Position numbers and translations under genes: made by a program. DNA of 64,000 nucleotides from Candidatus Nomurabacteria bacterium (GTDB lineage Bacteria; Patescibacteriota; Patescibacteriia; Magasanikbacterales; UBA922): assembly GCA_020632445.1 (NCBI GenBank), contig JACKFN010000002.1, forward strand, positions 105,360 through 169,359, in the 5' to 3' direction. The notes under the pieces are model-generated. The model saw nothing but the letters and a program-made list of their open reading frames with translations, was not told the origin of the DNA and searched no databases. This document shows, piece after piece, positions 38,585-48,555 of this stretch (position 1 is the first letter of the stretch; each line of letters begins with the position of its first letter).

Positions 38585-39301
38585 TTATTTGTCTCCTACA
38601 GTTTTTGATTTCTTTTCAAATTCTGCTTTTCCTTCGCTAATAGCATCACGAACCAACCCAACCATCATATCAATAGCTTTGACAGCATCATCGTTAGCTG
38701 GAATGATGTAGTCTGCTTTGTCTGGGTTTGCATTGGTGTCAGCAATACCAATGATCGGTACTCCAACCTTGTTTGCTTCTACCACAGCGGTCTTTTCACG
38801 CTGCAATGCTGGGATAAAGATGGCATCTGGAAGTTTTTTCAGATCTACCAAACCACCGATATAACTACTCATCTTTTCTAGATTTTTCGCAATTTCAAGT
38901 TGTTCTTTCTTGGTGTACTTTTCAAGCTCTCCTGACTCTCTTTGCTCAGTAAGCATATTGTAGTTATCAATAAGCTTCTTGATCTCTGAAAAGTTCGTAA
39001 GCATTCCACCAATCCAACGATCAACGAGGTATGGCATACCACAGTCACTCGCTGCCTTTTTTACAATTTCTCTTGCCTGTGGCTTGGTGCTCACAAACAA
39101 AATGGTCTTTCCATCGCTTGCCAATCCTTTGATAGCTGCGAGTGTTTCCTCAAGCTGAGCTTGGGTTTTTTCGAGGTCAATGACGTGTACGCCATTTCTC
39201 TGCGTAAAGATGAAAGGTTTCATCTTAGGATGCCAACGTGATGTCTGATGTCCAAAATGGACCCCAGCCTGTAGCATCTCTACAATAGTTGGAACTTGCA
39301 T
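38585..39301 (-). CDS. rpsB: 30S ribosomal protein S2
   Basis: The N-terminus reads MLQAGVHFGHQTSRWHPKM. It shows the classic rpsB-tsf arrangement. Confidence 0.95.
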   Translation of the reverse strand: MQVPTIVEMLQAGVHFGHQTSRWHPKMKPFIFTQRNGVHVIDLEKTQAQLEETLAAIKGLASDGKTILFVSTKPQAREIVKKAASDCGMPYLVDRWIGGMLTNFSEIKKLIDNYNMLTEQRESGELEKYTKKEQLEIAKNLEKMSSYIGGLVDLKKLPDAIFIPALQREKTAVVEANKVGVPIIGIADTNANPDKADYIIPANDDAVKAIDMMVGLVRDAISEGKAEFEKKSKTVGDK

Positions 39302-39431
39302 AGATTTCCTTTAGGCCTACGGCCGTCCACCTTTTTACTTTCCCTGTGAGTGTTCACAAGGAGGAAATTTCCCTCAATGTCGCCATTTTGGGGCAAAAAG
39401 TGTGAGATAGTAATGAATAATTTTATGGCGC

Positions 39432-39460
39432 TATTATAGAGAAAAAAGGAAAATTTGTCA
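39432..39460 (-). promoter_or_regulatory. Perfect consensus sigma70 promoter TTGACA-17-TATAAT for rpsB-tsf (minus strand), with a ~125 nt leader
   Basis: On the minus strand the sequence reads TTGACAaattttccttttttctcTATAAT. On the plus strand TTGACA is the complement of 39455-39460 and TATAAT the complement of 39432-39437. A divergent + promoter (TTGATT-15-TATAAT, 39497-39523) serves the dsbA-like operon. Confidence 0.55.
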
Positions 39461-39548
39461 AGAGGAGGGCAGAAGTGCAAATTTTGCCTAAATCTGTTGA
39501 TTTTTGTGAATTTATGCTATAATCTCTCTAAAATTATCCTTGCCGACT

Positions 39549-40295
39549 ATGGTTCAATTTTCCAACACCCAAGTTCCACAGGAATTTCAATCTTCACGCG
39601 CCGGTAGCTTTTGGCTGCTTCCATCGGTACTCCTGGTCGCAGCACTACTGATTGCTCTGTTTGCCTTTTTCTTTTTTGAAGCCAAAACAAACAGAATCAA
39701 ACAAAACGCCGAGCAACTCTCTTCTCAAGCATATTCTCCCTCTGCAGCTCTTGCCAATACCGCAGATATCAAAAAAATACAAACAAAAAAACTCATCAGA
39801 CCATTTAATCCAACCCTCGGAAACTCGAATGCAGATGTCGTCATCCTGGCATTTATTGACTTTGAATGCCCATACTGCGCTCAAAGTTATCCCATATTTG
39901 AAAGGGTGGTTAAAAAATATGGAGACGCTATTTTTGTAGTCTTTAAAAACCTCCCACTTGATGACATACATCCAGATGCCAGGCGTTCTGCCCTTGCCGC
40001 CATGTGCGCTCATGACCAAAATCAATTCTGGCCCTATTATCGATCTCTTTTTTCTACCAGACAACTCCTGACCGAACACTTGGTAAGCCAAGCGAGGTCA
40101 CTCAAACTCAATACCGAATCTTTTACAACCTGCCTCACAGAAAAAACACATGACCAAAATATCCAAAGGGACATTGCTGACGCCATAAGCGTAGGAGCTC
40201 AAGGGACACCAACATATATCGTCAATGGTGCGAAAATTTCAGGAATTCTTTCTGAACAAGATTGGGATCAAATCATCCTTTCATTCCTCAAATAA
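39549..40295 (+). CDS. DsbA-family thiol:disulfide oxidoreductase with an N-terminal membrane anchor
   Basis: The TM is LLPSVLLVAALLIALFAFFFF. The thioredoxin fold carries the CPYC active site, within FIDFECPYCAQSYPIFERVVKKYGDAIFVVFKNLPL. Confidence 0.75.
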   Translation: MVQFSNTQVPQEFQSSRAGSFWLLPSVLLVAALLIALFAFFFFEAKTNRIKQNAEQLSSQAYSPSAALANTADIKKIQTKKLIRPFNPTLGNSNADVVILAFIDFECPYCAQSYPIFERVVKKYGDAIFVVFKNLPLDDIHPDARRSALAAMCAHDQNQFWPYYRSLFSTRQLLTEHLVSQARSLKLNTESFTTCLTEKTHDQNIQRDIADAISVGAQGTPTYIVNGAKISGILSEQDWDQIILSFLK

Positions 40296-40296
40296 T

Positions 40297-41856
40297 ATGA
40301 AACGCTTTTTTATTCTTCTTCCACTGTTTCTCCTCTTGTGCGCTCCGAGCATAGCGCACGCACGAGTCGACCAACGCTGTTTTATCAAAGAACAATGTAT
40401 CCAAGCCAGAAAAAGTTTTAACCTACCCACAGACGAACTGGAAGAAGGGTTCTACAGGACTCAGGAAACCATAGAAGCTTGTGGTGACAAAGACGGAAAG
40501 GGACGTGAGCTGGGTTTTTGTCTTCCTGTTGGAAAGGCCAAGACGCAAGTTCAATTTGGATCTACAAACGAATTCCAGGATGTAGGAGACTTCATCCAAA
40601 AAATGTACCGTTATGGAATAGGTGCAGGAATTTTTTTGGCAGCGGCGATGCTCATTGTTGCAGGGCTGCGTTGGACCGCATCTGGAGGAAATCCCAACAG
40701 CGTCGGCAATGCGCAAAAACAAATCGCCGGTGCACTGGTAGGGCTTTTCTTACTGGTTTTTTCATACTTCATCCTCAACACCATCAACCCCTACCTTGTG
40801 AACATGCGTCTTCCACAAATTTGGATGATCAATACCATAGGACTCGCACCGGTATATTGCAGCGAAACAAATAATGCACTCGCATTTGCCGTCACGCCAG
40901 AAGAAAAACAAAAAGTGGGATACGACACGGTTTCCATTGAGGCTATCAAGGATAGCAAATTTACCCCCGGTAAGATATTTGATGTTGACAAATCAGAAGC
41001 AATGTGTAATTATGATTACTTCGTAGATGGTACCGGCGGAGCTGTCTGTAGAGGGCAAGTCTGTCCCAATCCAAACGAAGAGCTTTGCTTTACCCCATAC
41101 GGGGGATCCCATGACGAATGTGGAAAGGGTACCGTTGCTGGAAAAATTGAACATTCCGGTTTGATTGAAGGGGCTATCCAACAGCTGCAAAAAAATGACC
41201 CTTCGCTTATTGGAGGAGCACTGGTAAGCGCACTGGGTACCGTTGCACTCGAAGGTTGGGAATGGCCATGGGTTGATGATACAAGCCCTGGATTTGGGCT
41301 CGATGATGACCTCGAACTTTGGGCTGCGTGTGGTGATGGAAGTATCAATGAAATCGCGAATGCGAAAGTTGAATTAGACCAAAACAGACTGGTGCAGTAC
41401 TACGTCATTGAAGAAACCCGCGAAGAAATTATTTTACAGGGAAATGCCAAATGCAGCAATAGTGGAGGCTTACTCGGGTATGTCCTCGCCGCAGAACTCA
41501 ACGAAGAAGGAGACGCCACTGACGAAACACACTTTATCGGACACGTTGGGACTATTGGAATTGACTTGGGAGATGACAGAGCATTCCGAAACATGCTCGA
41601 GTTTAAAACAGAAACTTTTCTCAAGGCACTTTTTTCTGAAGAAGAAATAAAGACAGGATTGGTTATCAACATAGATGCTGCGGCAATTGAAGACATTGAT
41701 GGAGCAGACGACGGTGCAACAAATCGAAGAACTGCCAAGTACCTCGAATACGGATTCTGCTCTGAGCTTGATCGCCTCAATAATGATTGGTGGAAAAACG
41801 CTGGAGAAATCATTTCTGTAAAGTATAGATGTAAATACAAACCTGTTACTGAATAA
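40297..41856 (+). CDS. Secreted/membrane Cys-rich hypothetical protein. It has a signal peptide, a central pair of TM helices and a ~330 aa Cys- and acidic-rich C-domain.
   Basis: The signal peptide is MKRFFILLPLFLLLCAPSIAHA. A helix-loop-helix membrane hairpin reads GIFLAAAMLIVAGLRWTASGGNPNSVGNAQKQIAGALVGLFLLVFSYFIL, and 20 or more cysteines follow. It sits downstream of the DsbA-like gene and 13 nt upstream of uvrA. Confidence 0.5.
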   Translation: MKRFFILLPLFLLLCAPSIAHARVDQRCFIKEQCIQARKSFNLPTDELEEGFYRTQETIEACGDKDGKGRELGFCLPVGKAKTQVQFGSTNEFQDVGDFIQKMYRYGIGAGIFLAAAMLIVAGLRWTASGGNPNSVGNAQKQIAGALVGLFLLVFSYFILNTINPYLVNMRLPQIWMINTIGLAPVYCSETNNALAFAVTPEEKQKVGYDTVSIEAIKDSKFTPGKIFDVDKSEAMCNYDYFVDGTGGAVCRGQVCPNPNEELCFTPYGGSHDECGKGTVAGKIEHSGLIEGAIQQLQKNDPSLIGGALVSALGTVALEGWEWPWVDDTSPGFGLDDDLELWAACGDGSINEIANAKVELDQNRLVQYYVIEETREEIILQGNAKCSNSGGLLGYVLAAELNEEGDATDETHFIGHVGTIGIDLGDDRAFRNMLEFKTETFLKALFSEEEIKTGLVINIDAAAIEDIDGADDGATNRRTAKYLEYGFCSELDRLNNDWWKNAGEIISVKYRCKYKPVTE

Positions 41857-41869
41857 TTAAAAGTCACCT

Positions 41870-44704
41870 ATGTCGAATGTTATTCGAATAAAAAATGCCT
41901 GTGTACACAACCTCAAGAATGTTTCGATAGACATTCCCAAAAACAAACTTACCGTTATTACAGGACTTTCTGGATCAGGAAAGTCTTCTTTGGCTTTTGA
42001 TACCATATACGCAGAAGGACAAAGACGCTACGCTGAGAGTCTGAATGCCTATGCACGCCAGTTCATGGATGTCCACGACAAGCCAGATGTTGAACAAATT
42101 GATGGACTTTCACCGACTATTGCGATTGACCAAAAAAACATTTCTCGCAATCCACGTTCTACATTAGGCACGACCACAGAAATTTATGATTATCTGCGTC
42201 TCCTCTTTGCTCGCATCGCCAAACAATACGATCCAGAGACCAATGAAGTCGCCCAGGGGTACTCACCTGGAGAAATTACTGAAGAAGTCCGCAAAGCAGC
42301 GCGAAAAGAAACCATTATCATTATTGCCCCATATTTCAAGGGGGAAGCGGCAAGCCAAAAAAATCTTTTACAAAATATAGAACGCTCTGGATTCAATACG
42401 ATTCGCCTCAATGGAATGGAACAAAAAATCCACGAGTTTAAGAAATTCAAATTCCAAAAAGGGAGTCTGTACGAGATCGACGTTGTAATTTCAAAAATCA
42501 ACGATCCCAAAAAACAAAATGTAGCCCCCTTTGTGGAAAATGGTCTTGAACTCGGAAATGGGAGCATCATTATTGTTGGTGAAGACTCCGGCGAAGAACG
42601 ACTACTCACAACGTTCCCATACTGTGAATCTACAGGAAGAAGCTTTGAAAAAATTGAACCACGCACCTTTTCTTTTAACTCTCCATACGGTGCCTGTCCT
42701 CGCTGTACAGGCCTTGGTTATACCCTAGATATTGACCCTGAGCTTATTGTTCAAAATCCACGACTCACTATAGCCGAAGGCGCCATTACACCATGGAGTC
42801 GCATGATGGGGAATCAAACCAAACAAATGCAGCTTATCGAGATCGTTGCGCAGTCTCATGGATTTTCTATTCACACCCCAGTCCAAGATCTTACCAAGAA
42901 AGCCATTGACCTTATTTTGTATGGAACTGATGGTCAACAATACAAAATTGGAACCAAGACCCTCAATTTCGAAGGAGTTATTCCAAATCTCGTCCAAAAA
43001 CATGCCACATCAGATTCCGAATATATCAAAAAAGAAATTGAACAATACATGCAAGAAACCACTTGTCCGGTTTGTGATGGAAAGCGACTCAAGGCAGAAG
43101 CCTTACATGTAAAGATAGGAAATTTGACCATTGCTGATATAACGCAAATGAGTGTGGCAGAGTCTCATGAATTTTTTTCAGCTGGTGGAAAGAAGCAAAC
43201 CTCAAAATTCCTTGCCGGACTCAGCAAAAACGAATCAGAGGTCGCCACTCCAATTGCCAGAGAGGTAGGAAAGCGCCTCGACAATCTCATGAATGTTGGT
43301 TTACACTATTTAACTCTCGACCGTGCGGTAAATACGCTTTCTGGAGGAGAAATGCAGCGTATCCGTCTTGCCAATCAGCTTTCAACAGGACTTACCAATG
43401 TCATCTATATTCTTGATGAGCCGACGATTGGTTTGCACCCTCGAGATAACGCAAAACTCATTGATACCATCAAATCACTCCGTGATCTTGGTAACACCGT
43501 TATTGTCGTAGAACATGACGCCACCATGATGCAAGCAGCCGACTTTGTCATCGATATTGGCCCTGGCGCCGGTCAACACGGTGGGGAAATTATGGCCAGT
43601 GGAACGTACAGCCAAATACTCAAGGCCAAAAATTCACTTACTGGTCAATATCTCAGTGGTGAAGAAGTAGTCACAACTCATAAACCACCGAACGACAAGG
43701 CCAAAAAACCAAAGTCTATTACCATTACTGGAGCAAAAGCAAACAACCTCAAAAATATTGATGTCTCTATTCCTCTTGGAAAGCTTGTCTCTATAACAGG
43801 AGTATCCGGATCAGGAAAATCTACGCTTATCAACCACATCCTGGCAAAGGCGCTTTCCAAACATTTTTATCGCGCAAAAACACAAGTTGGTGAACACACC
43901 AAAATCAGTGGAATCGAACATATTGATAAGGTTATTGCGATTGACCAAACTCCTATTGGAAGAACTCCTCGCAGTAACCCCGCCACCTACACTGGTGTCT
44001 TTACCGCCATCCGTGACCTGTTTGCCAGCCAGACAGAAGCCAAAATGCGCGGATACGATGCCGGAATGTTTTCTTTTAATGTAAAGGGCGGAGGAAGATG
44101 TGAATCATGTAGTGGCGAGGGATACGTGTGTATTCCTATGCATTTTCTCAATGATGTTTTCATCGAATGCGGAAGTTGTGAAGGGAAACGATACAACAAA
44201 GAAGCACTCGAAATACATTACCGAGGAAAAAGCATTGCCGATGTGCTCGAGATGACGATTGAGGAAGCCTATACGTTTTTCCGAGACACATCAACTATTT
44301 CTGATAAACTCCATGTACTCAAAAATGTTGGTCTTGGATATCTCAAACTCGGTCAACCGGCAACAACCCTTTCCGGTGGTGAGGCACAAAGAATCAAGCT
44401 TGCAACAGAACTTTCTCGGCGCCAAACAGGAAAAACACTCTACATTCTCGATGAACCCACAACAGGACTCCACTTTGCTGACACCAAAAGACTCCTCCAA
44501 ATCCTCGCCCAACTCGTGGAAAAGGGAAACACGGTTTTGACGATTGAACACAATATGGACGTTATCAAATGCAGTGACTGGATCATTGACCTGGGACCAG
44601 AAGGAGGAAAAGAAGGTGGAGTTGTCGTCGCACAAGGTACCCCAAAAGACGTCGTGAAGGTAAAAGGAAGTCATACGGCAAAATACCTCAAAGAAGTCCT
44701 CTAA
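41870..44704 (+). CDS. uvrA: Excinuclease ABC subunit A
   Basis: 944 aa. It has two ABC ATPase modules ([14 protein letters not shown]; [12 protein letters not shown]) and the zinc-finger pattern CPVCDGKRL. Confidence 0.95.
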   Translation: MSNVIRIKNACVHNLKNVSIDIPKNKLTVITGLSGSGKSSLAFDTIYAEGQRRYAESLNAYARQFMDVHDKPDVEQIDGLSPTIAIDQKNISRNPRSTLGTTTEIYDYLRLLFARIAKQYDPETNEVAQGYSPGEITEEVRKAARKETIIIIAPYFKGEAASQKNLLQNIERSGFNTIRLNGMEQKIHEFKKFKFQKGSLYEIDVVISKINDPKKQNVAPFVENGLELGNGSIIIVGEDSGEERLLTTFPYCESTGRSFEKIEPRTFSFNSPYGACPRCTGLGYTLDIDPELIVQNPRLTIAEGAITPWSRMMGNQTKQMQLIEIVAQSHGFSIHTPVQDLTKKAIDLILYGTDGQQYKIGTKTLNFEGVIPNLVQKHATSDSEYIKKEIEQYMQETTCPVCDGKRLKAEALHVKIGNLTIADITQMSVAESHEFFSAGGKKQTSKFLAGLSKNESEVATPIAREVGKRLDNLMNVGLHYLTLDRAVNTLSGGEMQRIRLANQLSTGLTNVIYILDEPTIGLHPRDNAKLIDTIKSLRDLGNTVIVVEHDATMMQAADFVIDIGPGAGQHGGEIMASGTYSQILKAKNSLTGQYLSGEEVVTTHKPPNDKAKKPKSITITGAKANNLKNIDVSIPLGKLVSITGVSGSGKSTLINHILAKALSKHFYRAKTQVGEHTKISGIEHIDKVIAIDQTPIGRTPRSNPATYTGVFTAIRDLFASQTEAKMRGYDAGMFSFNVKGGGRCESCSGEGYVCIPMHFLNDVFIECGSCEGKRYNKEALEIHYRGKSIADVLEMTIEEAYTFFRDTSTISDKLHVLKNVGLGYLKLGQPATTLSGGEAQRIKLATELSRRQTGKTLYILDEPTTGLHFADTKRLLQILAQLVEKGNTVLTIEHNMDVIKCSDWIIDLGPEGGKEGGVVVAQGTPKDVVKVKGSHTAKYLKEVL

Positions 44705-44800
44705 CACCAAAACGTAAAAAGGATCCTCACTGGGGATTCTTTTTTTGCTGACAAATTTCTGAAGTCATGGTAAGCTTAATATGCGTTTAAATACTCCACT

Positions 44801-45667
44801 ATGCAAGAAAAAACAACTCTTCCTGGACGAGCGCCACTGCAACCCCGAGAATCTGCATCTGGCGGGCCAAAAACACCCGAGCAACCTCCAACCGCTCTAC
44901 CATACGATCAATCCAAAACGAAAGTTTTTGCCTCTGATGAACATCGTCTCGAAGCAGAAAACCTCTCAAGACTCCGGGAACTGAGCAATGCTCTTGAGCA
45001 CGCACTTGGTGGACCCCTGTCAGGTGACCTCTCTGACGATATGCTTCACGTACGCATTGCCAGTACCGTAGTCACCATTGATAATAAGAAAATGCCTATA
45101 GTGTCTGCTCTGCTAGAGATTGCGAGTATATCGCGTGGACTCCATATAACACTCGAAGATATCGCCGGGCCAAATTTACTTCGATACACAACAGAAATTG
45201 ATAAAGATGTTGGTGCTATGTTTTTGCAAGCCGAAGACCCAAACACCGCTGAAATTGATTTGAAGCCAACACAGCCGCCTACACGTGCCGCCCATGATGA
45301 GCCAACAATGATTTTGCCACTCGAGCAGAGTTTCCACCCTGAAGACGAAGATGCTGAGTTTCAGAGACTTGTTCATGAGGTACAAGCGGCCATCCAACAA
45401 AGAACAACATTTCCTCCGAATAAACTTGGCAACATAGTTGAGCGCCTAAAAACTCTTCAAAAATCTGACCAAAGTGGTAAAGGTCAAAACGAAAGAAGAT
45501 TGCCTCCAGATGTATTTTCTTGGATGCAAAATCAAGAATATGCTTTAAATCGAATGGAAGCAGGGAAAACCCGTTTAGAAGCTGCTTTACCGATGCATGA
45601 TAATGAGAGTAAAAAGCCCAATTTCCTACAAAGAATTTTTGGACGCACGAGAAAAGAGAAGCCATAA
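44801..45667 (+). CDS. Hypothetical protein
   Basis: A 288 aa ORF with no recognisable motifs and a weak RBS. The terminator at 45668-45698 follows. Confidence 0.3.
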   Translation: MQEKTTLPGRAPLQPRESASGGPKTPEQPPTALPYDQSKTKVFASDEHRLEAENLSRLRELSNALEHALGGPLSGDLSDDMLHVRIASTVVTIDNKKMPIVSALLEIASISRGLHITLEDIAGPNLLRYTTEIDKDVGAMFLQAEDPNTAEIDLKPTQPPTRAAHDEPTMILPLEQSFHPEDEDAEFQRLVHEVQAAIQQRTTFPPNKLGNIVERLKTLQKSDQSGKGQNERRLPPDVFSWMQNQEYALNRMEAGKTRLEAALPMHDNESKKPNFLQRIFGRTRKEKP

Positions 45668-45698
45668 CAAAAAATCCCGATTCTTCGGGATTTTTTTA
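45668..45698. terminator. Bidirectional rho-independent terminator serving 44801..45667 (+) and rplS (-)
   Basis: AAATCCCG-attctt-CGGGATTTTTTT. Confidence 0.55.
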
Positions 45699-45712
45699 CT
45701 TCCTTTTTTTGC

Positions 45713-46051
45713 CTAGGCTTTTGCTGTTGGCTTCTTTACTTCCTTAAGCTTTTTCTTGTGAGATCGCAAGTAGTATGCCCGTCCTTGTTTTACCTTCATT
45801 TCACGAACGAGTTCAATCTTTTCGATAAGCGGTGAATGGATTGGAAAGATCTTCTCCACTCCTACACCGTTTGATACCTTACGAACGGTAACCGTTGCCC
45901 CTGCCTCATTTCCATGCTTTACGGCAAGAACTTGACCTTCAAACATTTGTATACGTTGTCTTTCTTCACCCTTTTTGTTGACGTCTTTAATGATCTGGTG
46001 AACTCTCACGATCATTCCAGACTTGAGGGCATTTCTGATGTCTTCTGACAT
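45713..46051 (-). CDS. rplS: 50S ribosomal protein L19
   Basis: 112 aa. RIQMFEGQVLAVKHGNEAGATVTVRKVSNGVGVEKIFPIHSPLIEKIELVR matches the L19 signature. Confidence 0.9.
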   Translation of the reverse strand: MSEDIRNALKSGMIVRVHQIIKDVNKKGEERQRIQMFEGQVLAVKHGNEAGATVTVRKVSNGVGVEKIFPIHSPLIEKIELVREMKVKQGRAYYLRSHKKKLKEVKKPTAKA

Positions 46052-46204
46052 AGTTTTAGCTTAATCGGAGAGGTTCATGACTGATAGTCTTGGTCTGAAC
46101 ATCACTAAATCGTGTGGCGATATCATACTATACTTCTTGAAAGTTGTCAAGAGGGCTCAGGAACGCCGCTTTCAAGCTTTTTAAGCTCAATAGAGTGCTT
46201 TTCT

Positions 46205-46720
46205 CTACTGCACAAACTCCTCCACCCTAACAAGCTGTACCTCCTCACGGGTTTCCTTCAAATCCCTAAGGGTAAAATCATGTATCTGCTGGTCCAAAGC
46301 CTGACAACAGTCTGTTACCACAGTTATATCAAAATCCCTATCATAGGCGTCTTGCACCGTTGACCTGACACACAGATTTGTCAAAATCCCCGCAACCACA
46401 ATAGAGTCAATGCCTGCCAATTCATCTTCGAGACTCGTGTTATAAAACGGGCTGATCTTGTTTTTCTCTATAACCACATCTCCTTCCAGTTTATCTAGCC
46501 CTTCAATGATTGCCACATTCTTTGATCCAGGTGCAAATGCTCCGTCAGAATCTGCTTCAACATGAGCAATAAAGATGATCTTGTAAGCTTGTCCACGACA
46601 AAAGTCGATCAGCCGGTTGGTATTTTCTATTAGCTTCGATACATCACCAATATAATAATCTGAATTCTCGTCGATCCACTCATTTTCAAAATCAACGAGA
46701 ATAAGTGCTTTTGATGGCAT
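46205..46720 (-). CDS. Isochorismatase-family cysteine hydrolase
   Basis: It carries ALILVDFENEW and VAGILTNLCVRSTVQDAYDRDFDITVV (catalytic Cys). Confidence 0.8.
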   Translation of the reverse strand: MPSKALILVDFENEWIDENSDYYIGDVSKLIENTNRLIDFCRGQAYKIIFIAHVEADSDGAFAPGSKNVAIIEGLDKLEGDVVIEKNKISPFYNTSLEDELAGIDSIVVAGILTNLCVRSTVQDAYDRDFDITVVTDCCQALDQQIHDFTLRDLKETREEVQLVRVEEFVQ

Positions 46721-46727
46721 AGGTTTG

Positions 46728-47291
46728 TTACAAATGTGTTTTTAATATGCTCACTATGTGTTCAGCCGTCTCGTCTATCTTCCCCTCTTTGTTGACCACG
46801 GAAAAATCATACTGCTTGGCTATTCCCATTTCATAACCAGCGGCTTCGATTCTTTTTTGTAATTCCTGCTTAGAGGTTCCTCCACGACGCAAAATTCGCT
46901 CTTTGAGCGTATCGAGTGATTCTGGCACTAAAAATATCGAAAGATGCTGCACTCCAAGCTTATCAAGACTGAGCTTTCCATGGACATCAAGGGTCGAAAA
47001 CACGACTTGATGCTTTTGCAAAAATTCATGCAAATGTTTTTTTTGTACTCCATAAAAATTTCCAACATACTCATTGTATTCGACGAGTTCATCGTGTTCA
47101 ATCAACTTTTGAAACGCATCATGTGAGACAAAAAAATAATCGACTCCTTCATGCTCTTTCGGTCGGATCTCCCGGGTCGTTGTTGTCACCAATCGAGCAC
47201 TCCCTGGTATTCGTGCAATGAGCTGCTCGACGATGGTATTTTTTCCACCCCCAGACGGGGCAGAGATGATGACGAGTTTCCCCTGCTTCAT
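46728..47291 (-). CDS. gmk: Guanylate kinase
   Basis: The P-loop is SAPSGGGKNT. TTTREIRPKEHEGVDYFFV...EYNEYVGNFYG matches the GMP-kinase signature. The start was chosen at MKQGKL (ATG 47289-47291), 1 nt from the rluD stop. Confidence 0.85.
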   Translation of the reverse strand: MKQGKLVIISAPSGGGKNTIVEQLIARIPGSARLVTTTTREIRPKEHEGVDYFFVSHDAFQKLIEHDELVEYNEYVGNFYGVQKKHLHEFLQKHQVVFSTLDVHGKLSLDKLGVQHLSIFLVPESLDTLKERILRRGGTSKQELQKRIEAAGYEMGIAKQYDFSVVNKEGKIDETAEHIVSILKTHL

Positions 47292-47292
47292 A

Positions 47293-48294
47293 TTACTTGA
47301 GTGTTTGCAAAAACAATGAAAGTTCCTTGGGGAGTTTGAGTTCATAGTCTACGCTTTCACCTTGTGTGTTTTGAAATACCAACCTTTGTGCATGCAGAAA
47401 CAGTCTCCCAAGTTGTTTGTCATATTTTCGTCCTCTGTGCTGATGGTAGAGTTCATCACCAACAACATGGTGATTATACGCGTACATATGTACACGAATC
47501 TGATGCGTACGCCCAGTGTGAATTTTTACCTTAAGCAGAGTGAAATTTACAAATACTTTTTCTACCCAAAACTCTGTAAGTGCCGTCTTTCCTGGCTGAC
47601 GTTTGTACACTTTATCCAGCGCAAGTTTATCAGTCTTGGGTCTACTGACCATACGTCCATCGTTTCCACGATCAATTTCAAAGTCCAGGGTATCATGCTG
47701 CGCTTCGACAACACCATGCACCAACACCGTGTAAAATTTTTCTACTTCTCTTTGCTTAAACTGCGCCTTGAGGTGCTCAAAAGCCTTTTGATTTTTTGCT
47801 ACCACCATGAGTCCTGAAGCCTCTCGGTCCAATCGATGCACAATACCTGGTCGCTCGGCATTTTCACCAACGCCTCGGATTCCAGGATACTTTTGTACAA
47901 GCCAATGTGCCAAAGTCGCCGGCTCATCAGCCTGGGTTGGATGCACCAAAAGCCCAGCGGGTTTGTTTATCACGATATAATCTGTTTCGTCAGCAATAAT
48001 TTCAATCTTTTTATAAAGCTCCAAGTCCTCCTGGCTCACCTCTACAGGTTCCTCCTCAATAAAGTACACATCAATGGCATCGCCCTGGCGAATCATATCT
48101 CCAGCTTTTTTGGGGAGCTTTCCATTTACCTGCACTTTGTTATTTTTTATCATCTTCTGAATCTCACCACGACTAAGCTGTAGATGTTCCACCAAAAAAA
48201 TATCCAACCGCTTTTGCCCTTCGAGTTCTGGAACAACAAAAATTTTCTTCTCTGTGATCATACTTAATTTATATAGATACACTGACATTATCAC
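47293..48294 (-). CDS. RluA/RluD-family pseudouridine synthase with an N-terminal S4 domain
   Basis: The catalytic motif is HRLDREASGLMVVAKN. The S4 region is RLDIFLVEHLQLSRGEIQKMIKNNKVQVNGK. The start is probably downstream, at MITEKK. Confidence 0.85.
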   Translation of the reverse strand: MIMSVYLYKLSMITEKKIFVVPELEGQKRLDIFLVEHLQLSRGEIQKMIKNNKVQVNGKLPKKAGDMIRQGDAIDVYFIEEEPVEVSQEDLELYKKIEIIADETDYIVINKPAGLLVHPTQADEPATLAHWLVQKYPGIRGVGENAERPGIVHRLDREASGLMVVAKNQKAFEHLKAQFKQREVEKFYTVLVHGVVEAQHDTLDFEIDRGNDGRMVSRPKTDKLALDKVYKRQPGKTALTEFWVEKVFVNFTLLKVKIHTGRTHQIRVHMYAYNHHVVGDELYHQHRGRKYDKQLGRLFLHAQRLVFQNTQGESVDYELKLPKELSLFLQTLK

Positions 48295-48347
48295 AATCTC
48301 TTATAAAAGGCAAGAAAATGGCTGAGATTAGCCATTTTCTAAAGTAG

Positions 48348-48420
48348 TGCGCCTGGGTGGGTTTGAACCACCGACCCCAACGTTATAAGCGTTGTGCTCT
48401 AACCCCTGAGCTACAGGCAC
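48348..48420 (-). tRNA. tRNA with predicted anticodon UAU (tRNA-Ile, AUA-decoding)
   Basis: Manual cloverleaf gives acceptor GTGCCTG/CAGGCGC (T2-G71 wobble), D-arm GCTC-AGGGGTTA-GAGC, anticodon stem CAACG/CGTTG with loop CTTATAA (U33, anticodon TAT, A37), variable loop GGGTC, T-arm GGTGG-TTCAAAC-CCACC, and discriminator A. A terminator hairpin lies at 48315-48338. Confidence 0.8.
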
Positions 48421-48555
48421 TCATTTTAGCCCTGACCTAGCATTATTTCCCACTTGCGGGACTAGTGCCTGAGCTACTGTCACATACGCGCATCACTATA
48501 ACAAAACCAGAGGCTATTTTCAAGTCCTTTTGCCGACCGGTCGAACTGTGATATA

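Noticed and set aside
39645-40091. 148 aa minus-strand ORF inside the dsbA-like gene, and similar antisense ORFs inside valS, uvrA, argS and eno
   Set aside because: They lie fully within well-supported conserved genes on the opposite strand and have no motifs. They are typical shadow ORFs of AT-rich coding sequence.
48421-48555. Possibility of a small structured RNA (tmRNA or SRP RNA) between tRNA-Ile and the HD-domain gene
   Set aside because: No SRP domain-IV motif or tmRNA tRNA-like/tag-reading-frame features are visible. The region is better explained as the tRNA promoter, a tRNA 5' fragment and the extended -10 promoter of the downstream gene.
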